Both the position numbers and the translations under genes were made by a program. The notes beneath the pieces are model-generated. The model searched no databases, was not told the DNA's origin, and saw only the letters and a list, made by a program, of their open reading frames with translations. Positions 24,801 to 37,642 of a stretch of DNA of 64,000 nucleotides are shown one piece after another. The DNA is from Mobula hypostoma (Eukaryota). Position 1 is the first letter of the stretch. Each line of letters opens with the position of its first letter. The stretch spans positions 84,570,001-84,634,000 of the forward strand of contig NC_086097.1 of assembly GCF_963921235.1 (NCBI RefSeq), in the 5' to 3' direction.

Positions 24801-27109
24801 GAGGCCCAGAACCTGAGATTGTTTCACAGCCACAAGTCTCGCCTGTCAAGCAGAGTGACCACCTACCTGCCCTGCCTCCCAGTCAGGGAGATGTTATTCC
24901 ACAAGAGTAAGAAATCCTCCACAGCGATTTAACCTTTAGGCCTGAATGGGGCAATTTAAAATTCACAATGCTGTGGATGTCTATATAATAGTTGTATCAC
25001 ACAGTGTATTGTAACAAACAGCCAATGCTCTAGCCACATATGGATCAGTCCTTTATTCAGAATGGATAATACCACACTAACTAACATTAGAAACATATCA
25101 ATGCACTGCTGTAGATCTTCAGGCAGACTCACTTTGATAACAATGACATATGTATAAGAATCAGCCAATATTCCTCAAATTCTTGCATTCAAACAACATA
25201 GCTTTAACCAAAATACTTGCGACATAAATCTTATCTGAGGCTTTCAATGTTTTGTTTTTAACCCTTCTTCTGTACATTTTAAAAATAATTGAGTAAAAAT
25301 TCATGAAGCGAGTGAGAAGCCTTCCATTGGCTAAGCTTGTTGAATATTTCAGATGCATCCTTGGACAAGAGGCACACTGTATATGCTTAGATTTCGTACT
25401 AAGGTAAGGTAAGCTTTGGAAAAAAAATGTACCGTTCAACTACAAGTTTTCAAGTAAGAATTTTAGCTAAAAGTTTAAAAGAAAACTTAATGAATAATGA
25501 AAGAAATAATCTTATTGAAAATAATGTATTTTGACTTAAAAACCTTTCATTGGACTTGTAAATTTTTAGTAACTGAGAAAAATAGTTTTTTTCAAAGAAA
25601 GAGGATAGTCTCTTGGTTGCAGGAAACAAATTTATCACCCATCCTGAATTCATGATGGACAATGCAGCTGCTCAAACTTAACATCAAACTCCCAATGCAG
25701 CAGCACCCAGCAGAAATCTAAGGTATTAGCAATTTTAACAAGTTCTGAGATTTTCTTTTGGACTTAATGACATTGGACTTTAGAACTGAATATGTTGCAT
25801 ACATATAAAATGAAGTGTTTAGTAAGAAATATCACTGATTATTTTCCAAGAAATGCTTTAACAATTATGATAAAATGGGCTTGATGAAACACTACTATTG
25901 CATGGTGTGGAGGGAGTTTGGGATGTGTGCAGCTCCATTTGGGATGGGCTTGTAATTACTACTACATGTGCACCTATTCATCAGTTGTATGGTCTGCCCA
26001 GTTAACTCGGAATTGGTGGTATAACAGAAAAGCTTTGAACTTGGCATTAGTCAACTTGAGTTTCAATCCCACTATGAGGTAAAATCTTACATTGATATCT
26101 GCAATGATGATGATAAAACCATAGATCATAAGACCATAAGGCAGAGGAGAAAATGGTTGGTTAAAGACAATCTGGTTTACTAACAATCTTTAGGGATTTC
26201 TTTCCTTAGTTGCTTGGTTCCAGATGTGACACCCAGGTGAACACTTACAGTATTGATGAACACAGTTCGCCAAACCCACTCAGTACAGCAGTGAGGTATG
26301 GACATTAACTGGTGACTTTGCCAGCAAGCCCACCTCTTCTTAAAGGAATAATTTTAAAAGCTCTTCAAGTCCAAAACAAAACATAAGTATCCTGGTGGTT
26401 TTAATTTTTAAAGGGAGGCATCTTGGTGCAAAGTAAACGTTATTAAGCAGGTGACATGTACAGGGAGTGTTCAAATGTATCGAGTGTTTGGAGAGAGTGC
26501 CACTGAATTTATATTTTAACTTTTTTTAAAGTTAAATAAACATGCCTTCTTGAAACAGCTGGCTCCTCTGTTCTTTTCATTAGGATCTGGTTTATAGATT
26601 CAGCTTGTGATGCCATTATCCTTGGCAGATATACAAGTTCACAATACAGATGTTCTTTCTCAATTTTGCACGTTCTGACTCTGATAAGATTATGATTCAT
26701 CCAGGCCATATATTAAATTCATGCTAGGGAATTTACTTTTCAGCATTCCATGTGAGTCGGATTAGGCTGTAATCCACCGACGGATGATAACTATCAGTAA
26801 GTTAGAAAAATAAAATATTGTTTGTGAGAGGGATACCATCTAGATCTGTGCGTAAAATGCATCACCATCATCCAAAGTGAAGTAAGTTCATATTGGACTC
26901 TTCAAGGGGTGAACATGGGGCCATTGATTTAGCCATTAGGTTAGTATTCTCAGTGCTATTTTGAACTCATCATTGCAATGAAGTTCCTTGTAAGGCTTAA
27001 TTGCAAAGCCTAGGTTCAGCTGCAGATTAGGCTAAGTGAGCTGGGGCTATGCCTGAGTAAGCAGCAACCTTACTGGCCAACAGTGAAAGAGGACCATGAT
27101 CCTATGACT

Positions 27110-27870
27110 CTATGAGAAGGGCACCACTAAAGACATCCCTGGTTTTACACTCTAGTCCTCTGGAAATAAATGCTAACATGGCTTTTGGCTTCCTTTCTAA
27201 TTCAACTTGTAAGTTAACCTTTAAGGAATCCTGAGCCTCTCTCATGCCTCTGCAATTTATTTTACTGAACTATAATACAGATATATCTATCATATTATGA
27301 TAGCTGCCTCTTAAGAGTTCCCTTAACTTAAGCTCCATATTCAAACCTGGATCATTAAACAACACCCAAACCAGAATAGCTTTTCTCTTAATGGACTCAG
27401 CCACAAGCCGTGTAGACATTCTACAAACTCCTTCTCTTAGGACCCAGCACAACTTGATTTTCTCAATCTACTGGCATATTGAAATCCTCTGTGATCATTG
27501 TAACATTGTCCCTTTTACACGCCTTTTCTATCTCCCATTGTAATTTGTACCTCACATACTGGCTACCGTCTGGGGGCCTGTATATAACTCCCATCAGGGT
27601 CTTTTTATCCTTATAGTTTCTTTACTCTACTCAGACTGATTCTACATCTTTTTATCCTTTGGCACTTCTTTCTAAAGATTTGATTTAATATTTTCCCAAA
27701 ATAGCTACCCTATCCCCTCTGCCTTCCTGCATGTCCTTTTGATATGTAGTATATCCTTGGATGTTAAGCTCCCATCTGTGGTCTTCTTGCAACCATCCTT
27801 CTGTGATGCCTACAGCATCATACTTGTCAACCTATAACTATGTTTCAAGACTGTCTACCTTATTCCTTGT
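27110..27870 (-). mobile_element. Degenerate CR1 LINE fragments
   Basis: CTAGTCCTCTGGAAATAAATGCTAACATGGC (RT end) and CTGGGGGCCTGTATATAACTCCCATCAGGGTC (antisense TLMGVIYRPP, endonuclease). Confidence 0.7.
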
Positions 27871-28264
27871 ACTCCATTTACTGTAGAGTGGAGATACCAC
27901 CATGCCCATTCATAAAATGGTAAGCTTGGTTAAAAAAATCCCAATTCTAATCCCTACTCCTTAGTGATTTTCCCATTAAGTGGTATCAGTCCTGAAGACT
28001 CTTTCTTTTTGGAATTGGATGATAAATAGAAACATCTGGACAGCAGGGGCTCTGCCCGAAACATTAACTCTCCCTTTGCTTCCACAGATGCTGCCGAACC
28101 CACTGAGTTCCTACAGTGCTTTCTCTTCTCTCCAGATTCCAGCATCCACAGACTCTAATGCCTCTAGAAACAGAGTTTGGTCAAAAACGGGAATAGTGGC
28201 AATAATTCAACAACTTCCTGCCTGCCTAAATGATATAGGCCAGCCAATGAAAACAAATGCTTCA

Positions 28265-29790
28265 TAAACACAAGGGATTCTGCAGATGCTGGAAATCTTG
28301 AGCAGCACACACAAAATGCTAGAGGAACTCAGCAAGAGGAGGGGAGGAGAAGATGGCAGCGCGACGCAGCACGTGTGGCTACTCCGAAATGATATCGTAT
28401 TTGTTAAATATGGGCCGTGCACAATCCTGATTTGATGGAGACAGACGTGAAGAAGCACAGAGGAACATCTGGAGAAATTTCTGAAATGCCCGCTTCGCTG
28501 CCGCTGCTACTGTGCGATCGAGAATCTCTGGAGGGGAAGGCCCCAAATCCTCGGCTTTGCCTGTTGCCTGTTGCCAGGGCTGGGGTCGAAGCGCTCGGCA
28601 GAGGTGGTGCTTGGTGCTAGGTGTCGGAGGGCTGGTCAGAGGCTCGAATTTTTCGGACGGACTCAGAGTCAGACTGTGGTCGGGTGCTTCCAGGCTGTTG
28701 CATCGGCAAGTTTGAGGTGCTGGAAGCTCATGCCAGGGAGAGTTTCTCTCTTCAACCATCTGCGTGAGATGATGGGACTTTCGAGAGACTTTGAGACTTT
28801 TTTTTACCGTGCCCGTGGTCTGTTCTTCATCAAATTACGGTATTACTTTGCACTGTTGTAACTATATGTTATGATTATGCGGTTTTTGTCAGTTTTCCTT
28901 TAGTCTTGGTTTGTCTTGTGTTTCTGTGATATCATTCTGGAGGAACAAATTGTATCATTTCTTAAATGACAATAAAAAAGGACTGCCTGTCCTCATAATC
29001 TAATCTAATCTTATTTAAGTCAGGCAGCAACTATGGAGAGGAATAAGCAGGTGAAGTTTGGGCCAAGAACCTTTATCGGGACTGAAAAGGACTGGGGGGG
29101 GGGGCGGTGTGCGTGGAGAAGACAGAATAACAATGTGGAGGGAGGGGAAGGAGTACAAACTGGCAGGTGATAGGTGAAACCAGGTGAGGAGTAAGATGGG
29201 TGGGGAGAGGAAGGCAAAGTGCTGAAGAAGAAGGAATCAGGTAGGAGAGGACAATGGACCATGGAAGAAAGGGAAGGAGGAGGGGAACCAGAGGGAGTTG
29301 ATGGGCAAGAGAGGAGAAGAGAAGGGGTGAGAGGGTAACCAGAGTGGGGAAGGAAAAAGAGAGAAGGAGACCAATTAATAGAAGTTTGAGAAATTGATGT
29401 TCATGCCATCAGGTTGGAGGCTACCCAGATGGAAATTGAGGTGTTGCTCCTGCAATTTGGGTTTGGCCTCATCATGGCGGTAAAGGAGGACATGGACAGA
29501 CGTGTCAGAATGTGAATGGGATATTGAATTGAAATGGGTAGCCACCAAGAGATCCTGCCTTTTCTGGCAGAAAGAGCTTACTTGACGAACTCCGATCTGC
29601 ATCGGGTCTCATCGATGTAGAGGAAGCCTCACTGGGAGCATCAGATGCAAAAGAGTGTCACTTCACCTGGAAGGAATCAGGGAGCAACACCAACACAGTC
29701 ATTAATGTAGGGGAGAAAGAGTGTTACCAGTGTAGGCTTGGAACATGGACTGTGTTCACAATGCCAGTGAAAAGGCAGGCAGAGCTGGGG
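28265..29790 (-). mobile_element. PLE 3' part, split by the insertion at ~28340-29012
   Basis: ORF 29375-29602 RQDLLVATHFNSISHSHSD..LQEQHLNFHLGSLQPDGMNINFSNF; pLTR pieces at 28265-28335 and 29017-29085 join collinearly. Confidence 0.85.
28340..29012 (+). mobile_element. Non-autonomous LINE-like repeat
   Basis: GC-rich GGAAGATGGCAGCGCG start, AATAAA, (TAATC)n tail; interrupts a PLE pLTR. Confidence 0.65.
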
Positions 29791-31059
29791 CCCATGCAAG
29801 TGTTCATTGGTCATGCCTGTTCCCTGAGGTTCAGAATTCACTATCTAAAACAATTTCGAGCACAAAGCTTTGTGGGACCATTCATTTCCCAAATCTCTTT
29901 CACAGGTTTTTGACATTCAAATAAATGGCACTGAATCATTTCTCACTGAATCTCTTTTAACGGTTTCAACCTTTCACCTAATTTTCCCAGTTAATAAAAT
30001 TCATCCCCATTTTGCTACATGCCAGGAATTACAGACTAAAGATAAAATAAACTGAAGACTTTATAGCTATATCTTTGTTATAAACACCATATAATGAACT
30101 TCTTAAAGCTCCTGACACAAGCAAGCATTAGTGCGCATATTATCTCTCCTGTGGGACAACCTCACCTCATTCTACAACTATTCTTACAATTCAACAAATT
30201 TCTTTCTGACTTTCAGTAGATTGTTTTCATATAACAATCTTTGGCAGCAGAGGAGATGTTGGGGTAGGGCAAGAGAAAGCAGATAGCTGTTTGAATTCCA
30301 ACATACCAAAATAATGAGCAAGAAACCATTAGCTGATGCATCCAGTGTGCCTCACACTCAGATCAGGAGCATTGTGACCAGGCAATATACTTGCACTTCA
30401 AGGAGACAGAAAGGGGACAAGAAAAATGGGAAAGATTCCCATAAGCACATGTTGACCTAAAGGTATTGCGAAATGGCACAAAATAGTTGTTCCGGCTCTG
30501 TCTCCCTTGCACCATCCGGTGCTCGGAGCACATAATGTTACTGCAGATGTCTGGTCATATTTACACTGCTGTAACTAGGTGACAGTACATACAGTGATTG
30601 TTATCTTGCCTAGATTACTAGTCACATAAGGGCTCAAATTTACTTCAAGGATTTAGTAAACCTAGTTTAAAACGAGTAAACTTGCACCAGTTGTGAGTGG
30701 GTTGTGGAGCACTTACACTGCATATCCATCTGTAATGACTATGTCATGTTCTCACTCTACTGAAAACTACATTCTTCCAGATGTGCACTGAGCAGTACTC
30801 CTGCAAGTCATTTTCAGGCTTATTACACTTACGATACAAAGATGAAAGACTGCTCATTAATTCCATATAGGAGGGAAGGAAAACTCAACAGACATCACAA
30901 CTTCAAAACTAGTTGCAACAGGGCAACAGAGTTAAGCAAACCATTCTGTCTGAATTGCAATCTTTCTTTTCTAATCATGGGGTTTCATTTAAATCTAATT
31001 TAATTAGTATGTAAATGTAGATACTTGGACCTTAAGAGCCTCTAGATAAGGTATGAAAA

Positions 31060-31850
31060 CAAGAATTAGATTTATTTAATTAGATCTTTTAATCAAATGT
31101 ACTGTACATAGAAATGTACAGTGAAATGTGTCATTTGTGTTAACAACTAACATACTCAAGGGTGTGCAGGGGGCAGCCCACAACTGTCGCCAAACATTCC
31201 AGTGCCAACATAGGATGCCCGCAATACTCGTCAAAACAACAAAAAGACACAACTAAACAGAACATACCAAGCAACAAAGCAACAACAGCCAAACAAGCCC
31301 TGTTCTTCCCTCCCCCTCAATCACCCACCAGGTACATACACAGTATTCTAACAGCTGGTCAGGCCATCTTCTTCAGCCTCCAGCCCCCAGTAGGCATGTG
31401 GCTTTGCAGAAACTGGACCCGACTTCCCTTGAGGACCAACAGAGAGCCACAGTCTCCAGATCCTCGAACTTTTGGACTTAAGATCAACGTTTGGGCTTCA
31501 TTCTGGACTTCCAATCAACCTCTGGGCTTCGATCCAGACTTCCAACCAATCTTTGGGCTTTGATCTGGACTTCTAATTGACCTTCAGGCTTAGATCTGGA
31601 CTTCTAATTGACCTTCGGGCTTCTATCTTTGGTATCGACGCAGGACTCACAGATGAGGACAAGTAAGGGCTGAACTCCAGGCCTCAAAAGTCAGACACAC
31701 CAAAGAAGAGACCTTGAAAACTAGGCTTCGATCTTTGGCCTCAGCCACATCTGACCATGCCCTTTCCACTTGGCTTCAAACACAGAACAGAGGCTTAGAT
31801 TTCAGCCTGCTCTCTAAACCCACCCCACCCCATTTTTCTAAATAGTTTTT
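31060..31850 (-). mobile_element. Non-autonomous retroelement containing an internal minisatellite
   Basis: Tail GTACAGTGAAATGTGTCATTTGTGT..GGGGGCAGCCCACAACTGTCGCC..GCCAACATAG, related to 62485-62610. Confidence 0.5.
31470..31630. repeat. ~31-bp tandem repeat, about 5 copies
   Basis: Unit approximately TTCGGGCTTCGATCTGGACTTCCAATCGACC. Confidence 0.8.
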
Positions 31851-31859
31851 AATGATAAA

Positions 31860-32745
31860 AATTTATTTCATTTAGTGATGTCCAATGGTTGAATATATGA
31901 GATGGATAAATGTAGAATTTTGGATCTAACAAAATTAGAGCACTTGGGGTTATACACTGGCTAGGTTGAAGGCTGGTTAATGGTGGGGAAACAGAGCAAG
32001 ATTTTCGAGCTGGAAGGTTTAAATGAAGGGATTGCTATGAGAATCAGTGGTGAGGTACAGGTTGTTCACAATTTACATCAATATTTATATATATATCCTA
32101 GCCTGAAATCTGATGGCAGCATAAGTTGTAAAGAGGATGTAGAAACGCTTCAAGAGGAGAGAGTCAGGTAAAGGGAATAGACTAGGACCTTGAAAATTGG
32201 AGAAGCACATGGAAAGATTATTAAGATATTATAGAGGCCAGGAAGAATTCACCTGGACTAAGGTGGACAGAACTGGTCTCCCTATCTCAGAAGATATGTT
32301 CTAATGATGGAAGAAGAGCCATAAAAGTTCACCAGACTGATTTGTGTGAAAGAAACATCTTTTATGAGAGGCAATTGAGAAGGCCAGGGTCTTTACTCCC
32401 TAAAATTTAGTGGTTTGAGTTTTGCTCTCATTGAAATAGACAAAATTCCTTCCAGGCTTAGCGGGAGAGATGCAGAGCAGATTTCCCTAGTTGCCCCAGG
32501 GATCACAGTCTCAAATGAGTGTTTTCAGTGGTAAAAATTTATTTTACCTAGTGGTGCTCAATGGTTGAAGATCTGAGATATTTATAAATAGATTTTTGGT
32601 TGCTTTTGTGAATCACGGGATATACAGTTAGTAGAGGAGATTGATGTTGAAGTAAAGGAATAACCATAATTTTCTTGGATGAAAGAGCAAGCTCTGATGC
32701 CTGAATGGTCCACTCTTGCTACTAGTTCTATGCTTTCATTAGAAC
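31860..32745 (+). mobile_element. Highly degenerate CR1 LINE
   Basis: TGGTCTCCCTATCTCAGAAGATATG, AAGTTCACCAGACTGATT, tail GCCTGAATGGTCCACTCTTGCTACTAGTTCTATG. Confidence 0.55.
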
Positions 32746-33149
32746 ATACACACACACAGGAATGCAGCAAGACACTGGGATGTCAGTGGTGAGATGCTAA
32801 AGACAGTGTTATTAGGACAGGGCAGGGGAATATGAGGCACGTTCAGGTGTTCAGGTATTTTTACCAGACACCATCCTGACTTGGGTATTTACATCATTGC
32901 TGTGACTCCCTAACCACTAGGACTGTGGTGGTGTTTTCATCAGAAGGGCTATGGTAGTTCAAGAAAATGACTTACCATCACCTTCTCAAAGGTGTTTAAC
33001 AGCTGTGAAAAAATGAATAAATAAGAAGAAAATTTAAAAATGCAGATTAGTAACATCTAGAAGGAAGAAACTACAAAATTCCAGGAAGAGAAGCTTCTAA
33101 TTGGGTTAAAGGAGCAGATGGATATTGATATAAAGACATATAGGTTACT

Positions 33150-33720
33150 AAAGCAGCACACACACAAATTGCTGGAGGAACTGAGCAGGTGAAGCAGCAT
33201 CTGTGGAAATGACCAACCAGTCGATGTTTTGAGCCAAGGCCCTTCTTCAGGACTGGAAAAGAAGGGAGAAGACGGCAGAATAAAAAGGTGGGGGAGGGGG
33301 AGGAGGCTAGCCAGAAGGTGATAGGTGGAACCAGGTGGGTAGGAAAGGTAAAAGGCTAGAGATGAAGGGATCTGATAGGAGAGGTGAGTGGACCATTGGA
33401 GAATGGGAAGGAGGAGGGGACCCAGGGGAAGGTGATAGGCAGATCAGAAGAGGTAAGAGTCGAGATTGGGGAATAGAAGAAGAGGGGAGGGGGAAGGAAA
33501 TTTTTTTTATCAGAAGGAGAATTTGATAGTCATGCCATCAGGTTGGAGGCTGGCCAGACAGAAAATGAGGTTTTGCTCTTCCACTCTGAGGGTGGCCTCA
33601 TTGTGGCGCAAGAGGAGGCCATGGACCGACTTGACAAAATGGGAATGGGCATGGGAACTAAAATGTTTGTCCACCGGGAAGTTCCGCTTTTGGTGGACGG
33701 AGCGGAGGTGCTCAGCGCAA
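33150..33720 (-). mobile_element. PLE 3' end (GIY-YIG C-terminus plus pLTR with mutated hammerhead at 33219-33254)
   Basis: Antisense EATLRVEEQNLIFCLASLQPDGM; AGTCCTGAAGAAGGGCCTTGGCTCAAAACATCGACT. Confidence 0.85.
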
Positions 33721-35254
33721 TACCGAAAGTAGTGTTGCAGATTAATAATGTCATTGAGAAAAGTGAATCACAGGGTTTCTTCTCCAGAAGCATATAATAA
33801 AACTACAGAACATTGAACACATTATATCCTTGTTATATCACAATTAGAATATTATGAAAGTTATGATTCCCAAATTCCCATATAAAGAAACTTGTCGGAT
33901 AGTGGAACTCATTAAATACACAGCTCCATCTAAGGAAAAGCCAAGTGAGGACGTAGAAGGATACTCGCAAAGCAAAATACTGAAGATGTCCGAAATCTAG
34001 TTTTTACAAATGTGCTGGAAATAGATAGTAGGTCACATAGCATCTGTGGAGAAAGACTCAAGGCTAATGTCTCAGGTTGATGATAATCCTACTGGGGTTA
34101 GAGAAAGTGGGAGGGAGGAGGCCAGTGTGGATCAAAAACAAAGCAATGGACCTTTGTGCTGTATGCCCTGCTTCTGTGCTCCATGAAAAACTTTGCAATA
34201 CTTCTCATGATATCCCCATTATAAAGGAGCTGCTCCCCTGTGAAATAGGTGTAGTGAAACTGCGCACTCCCTCTTTCCAAACAGGTTTACAATTACATTA
34301 GTCTGCATATGAAACCTGTCACTAGCCTCTTTTTTGGACTTCAGGACACACACAATAAGAAAGTCAGACCTTGAAGTACACTTATTTTATCACCTAAATA
34401 GGCTGTTTAATTTAAAGAAATATAGTTTAAATTCCTTAAATGGGTAATCTTAAGCAATTGGCCTCAGCCAGTTTTGTCTGTCATAACAGACTCGGTGAAT
34501 GGAGGAAACACAATAAACAGATTCCATTGGCCGGTATGGTTGGAATGTATTGTGTATGATACCAGGAGAGCAACGAAGCTCATTACTCCCATTTAGGAAG
34601 CAAATGTTCCTGCAGACAGAACTCTAGTCTCTCCACATTATTTGCAAGAGTTGGAACATTCAAGGAGTCATTTAGTAAACACATTAAATTGAATTGTAAT
34701 CTTCCCTTTCCTCTCAGTGATGAAAATTTATGGATTTATTAATAAAATTTTTAAATGAATTATATTTATAGTTGAATGTTGGAAGTATTTACTTCAGCAG
34801 ATTAAAGAATAATTTACATCCCCTTGTACTACACTCTGGCCAACAAGTGGATGAAGTTAATTTTGTTGATTGTGAGGCTTTCATGTTCTTTTTACTTTGT
34901 TAAAATGTTTCTCAAAGGATAATGAAAATATATGACCGAGAAGGAGGAAGATTTCCTGCGCACATAAAATCCGTACCACACACTGTGGCTGAAGTACAGC
35001 ACTCGATCAGCACAATCATTTCTTCTTTGTAAGATGTAATCAAAAGCAATAATTTCCAGAGGCATCCAGTGGCAGTGGCCAATTTCCTGTGTAATTTATC
35101 TTTGTTTCTGATTTTTGGTGGTCCCCTCCTTTCCTTGTTTCATCCCTGTTTGCTGAGATGTAATTCTGAGGGCGCAGATGGCCCTCAGATAGCTGAGAGG
35201 CAGTTCCTCATTCGAGGAGGATATGAGAGCTGAATCTGATAGTCCTCTGCAAAA

Positions 35255-35435
35255 AGACACACACAAAGTGCTGGAAGAACACAGCAGGCTGGGCGGTATC
35301 TATGGAAATTGATAAACAGTCAACTTTTTCACTGAGACCCTTCTTCAGAACCTGGTCCTAGCCTGCTGAGTTTCTCCAGAGTTTTGTGTGTGTTGCTTTG
35401 GATTTAGAGCATCTGCGGAATTTCTTGTGTTTCTG
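35255..35435. mobile_element. Fold-back (inverted) PLE pLTR pair
   Basis: CACACACAAAGTGCTGGAAGAACACAGCAGGCT ... CCTAGCCTGCTGAGTTTCTCCAGAGTTTTGTGTGTG around a degenerate hammerhead. Confidence 0.75.
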
Positions 35436-36542
35436 ATACTCGTCTCAACTGTAATTCACATCTCATGAGTTCCCAGTAGGACCCAAATGCAGTGCTAATT
35501 GGAGGTGGTCAGTCCAAACTCGGGCTGCTATAGGGATTTGGAATGAGCATTCATTAAGTGCAATCTCACACACTTTAGACTCGATCGGCAGGACAGAGAC
35601 AAGAACAAGAGCTCTACTTGTTCTAGTTCCTTTATTTGCTATGGGGCTACAAAGCTACCTGTGGACTCTTCTTACCTTGCTGAGATTGGCCAACCCAGCC
35701 CTTACCAGAAACTAACCTCCAGGTAACACGACAGAATGTTGGCAAGGTTCCAACAGAAAAGCTTCAGAGCGGTGGCTACTGAAGACAGGACTTCCAAGTT
35801 CTCACTTCATCTTTAGAGACTGGCCTGAGATGAAGTGTTTTTCCTGCTCAGAGGTAGGATTCCACACAAGATTATTTGAGAGTCTGCTGGAATTAAATCT
35901 CACTGAAATCATTCTCTGAGGTAAATCTATCTGTCAGTACATGTTTACCATGGATTAGACAAATCAGAGAATGTGTGCACAGAGACTGAACTAGTCAGGT
36001 TGATGAACTGAAGGAGGCTGCACCTTCCTGTTGACTTTGCTGATACAGAAGTTCGGTTGTGGATGGGCGGAGATAAATTCCGGTCTCCACAGGTCTGGGA
36101 TGGGGAGTTGTGCTTGTGCAGGTCCGGAGACCTTCTGTCTCAACCTGGATTGTTCGTTTATTGTTTGGAGATCAGTCATGAATTCGGCTTCATAAAATGA
36201 TGTATCACATCATTTTTAGAATTAAAATTAGAATTTTATTTCTTACATCAATCTCACAATGAGGGAGTAAGAATCTTCATGTTGTGTCTCCGTCACTATG
36301 TACAAGCAATAAGGAAGAGAAATGTGGGAGGATATTGCCCGAACACTAAGATTGTATACATAATTGTTTTGTATACATGTATGTACAGTCAGATACAATG
36401 TACAGTCAGGTATGCAATCAGATCAATGTATATTGATCAATCCGTCTTCAGGAAATCTCATGAAAATGGATACAATGACCCAACACTTGGACCAGATCTC
36501 CAATGACCTAGCACTTGGACAAGATCATATCTCCAGTGACAC

Positions 36543-36772
36543 GTAGTCATAGTCATAGTCATAGTCATACTTCATTGATCCCGAGAGAAATTGGTTTTCG
36601 TTACAGTTGCACCAACCAAGAATAGAGTATAAATATAGCAATATAAAACCATAAATAATTAAATAGTAATATGTAACTTATGCCAGGAAATAAGTCCAGG
36701 ACCAGCCTATTGGCTCAGGGTGTCTGACCCTCTAAGGGAGGAGTTGTAAAGTTTGATGGCCACAGGCAGGAA
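36543..36772 (-). mobile_element. Rex1-type LINE 3' end with (TATGAC)n tail
   Basis: Antisense SFLPVAIKLYNSSL; TSD TGACAC at 36537-36542 and 36773-36778. Confidence 0.75.
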
Positions 36773-37399
36773 TGACACCACATTTGGATCAGCTCCAATC
36801 CTCCCAGACTTGAACCCAATTGCATTACCACTCAATCCTTCTCCAGACCAGATCTTATCTCCAACTCTCTGCATGTCCAGGTCCATTCTTGTCCTGTCTC
36901 ACCCTGACAGCCATTCACCCGCAGATCAGGTTACATGTACACCTGTGTACATTTTTAGATCTCTAAGTGTCACTACCTGCAGAGCAGATCACATATTTAA
37001 CTACCACCTCTCTTTAACTGGGAGCCATTCAGAAAACTTGTAATCTACATAGGCCTCACGCAGCACAGGGTCTCTCCTCAATGGCTGTTTTTCAGTGAGG
37101 AAATGTGAGATTTATTTAAATATTAAATGAAGTTGTCTACCCTGTTCATACAGAAGAGAAACAGTGCAACTGCCAATCTGTAAAGCTACACAGCAGTGCC
37201 CCATTCAGCAACCATCGGCTCTGTTCATTTTTTTACTTTGCTATCAAACACCTTACAAGATCATCAACATTGATGGGACTGTGACAAAGCCAAGTAAAAC
37301 AGCACAAAAATAAAGGCAAAAAACCACTTTAATTCAGATCGGCAGGATGAGGATTTGATTCTCATAAGATGCAGAAGCAAGCCAGTCCAGACAACGTAT

Positions 37400-37531
37400 A
37401 CAAGAGAAAATCTGCAGATGCTGGAAATCCAAATAACACACACAACGTGCTGGAGGGATTTAGCTGTCCAGGCAGCATCTTTGGAAAAGAGTAAATTGTC
37501 GACTTTTCGGGCCGAGACCCTTCAGCAAGAC
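37400..37531 (-). mobile_element. Solo PLE pLTR fragment with variant hammerhead
   Basis: Reverse complement GTCTTGCTGAAGGGTCTCGGCCCGAAAAGTCGAC. Confidence 0.8.
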
Positions 37532-37642
37532 ATATTGATCTTCACAGTGACTGGCACGCTGCAGTTTGCAGAGCATCATACCTAACATGTTGTTCTCAAA
37601 GCATTCAAAGCACCATCCACTGCTGAGGAATCCAAGTTGAGT

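Larger units (their letters stand above)
18983..25010 (+). mobile_element. Ty3/Gypsy LTR retrotransposon (K02A2.6-like/Mag-type), decayed; 3' LTR not found
   Basis: gag QYFEANEI..VLLSVIGGKT (~19840-20600); protease MELDTGSA (~21916); RT RICGDFK and YLDDII (~22768); RNase H LACDASPYGIGAV and FTLITDHQPL; integrase PWQRIQVDFAG, HITPAQNHP; many stops and frameshifts. Confidence 0.92.

Noticed and set aside
25623..25722. Possible exon (TTGCAG|...|GTATTA)
   Set aside because: All three frames contain stops; no supporting neighbouring exons
31470..31630. CRISPR-like array
   Set aside because: Contiguous diverged tandem units without unique spacers, in a vertebrate context
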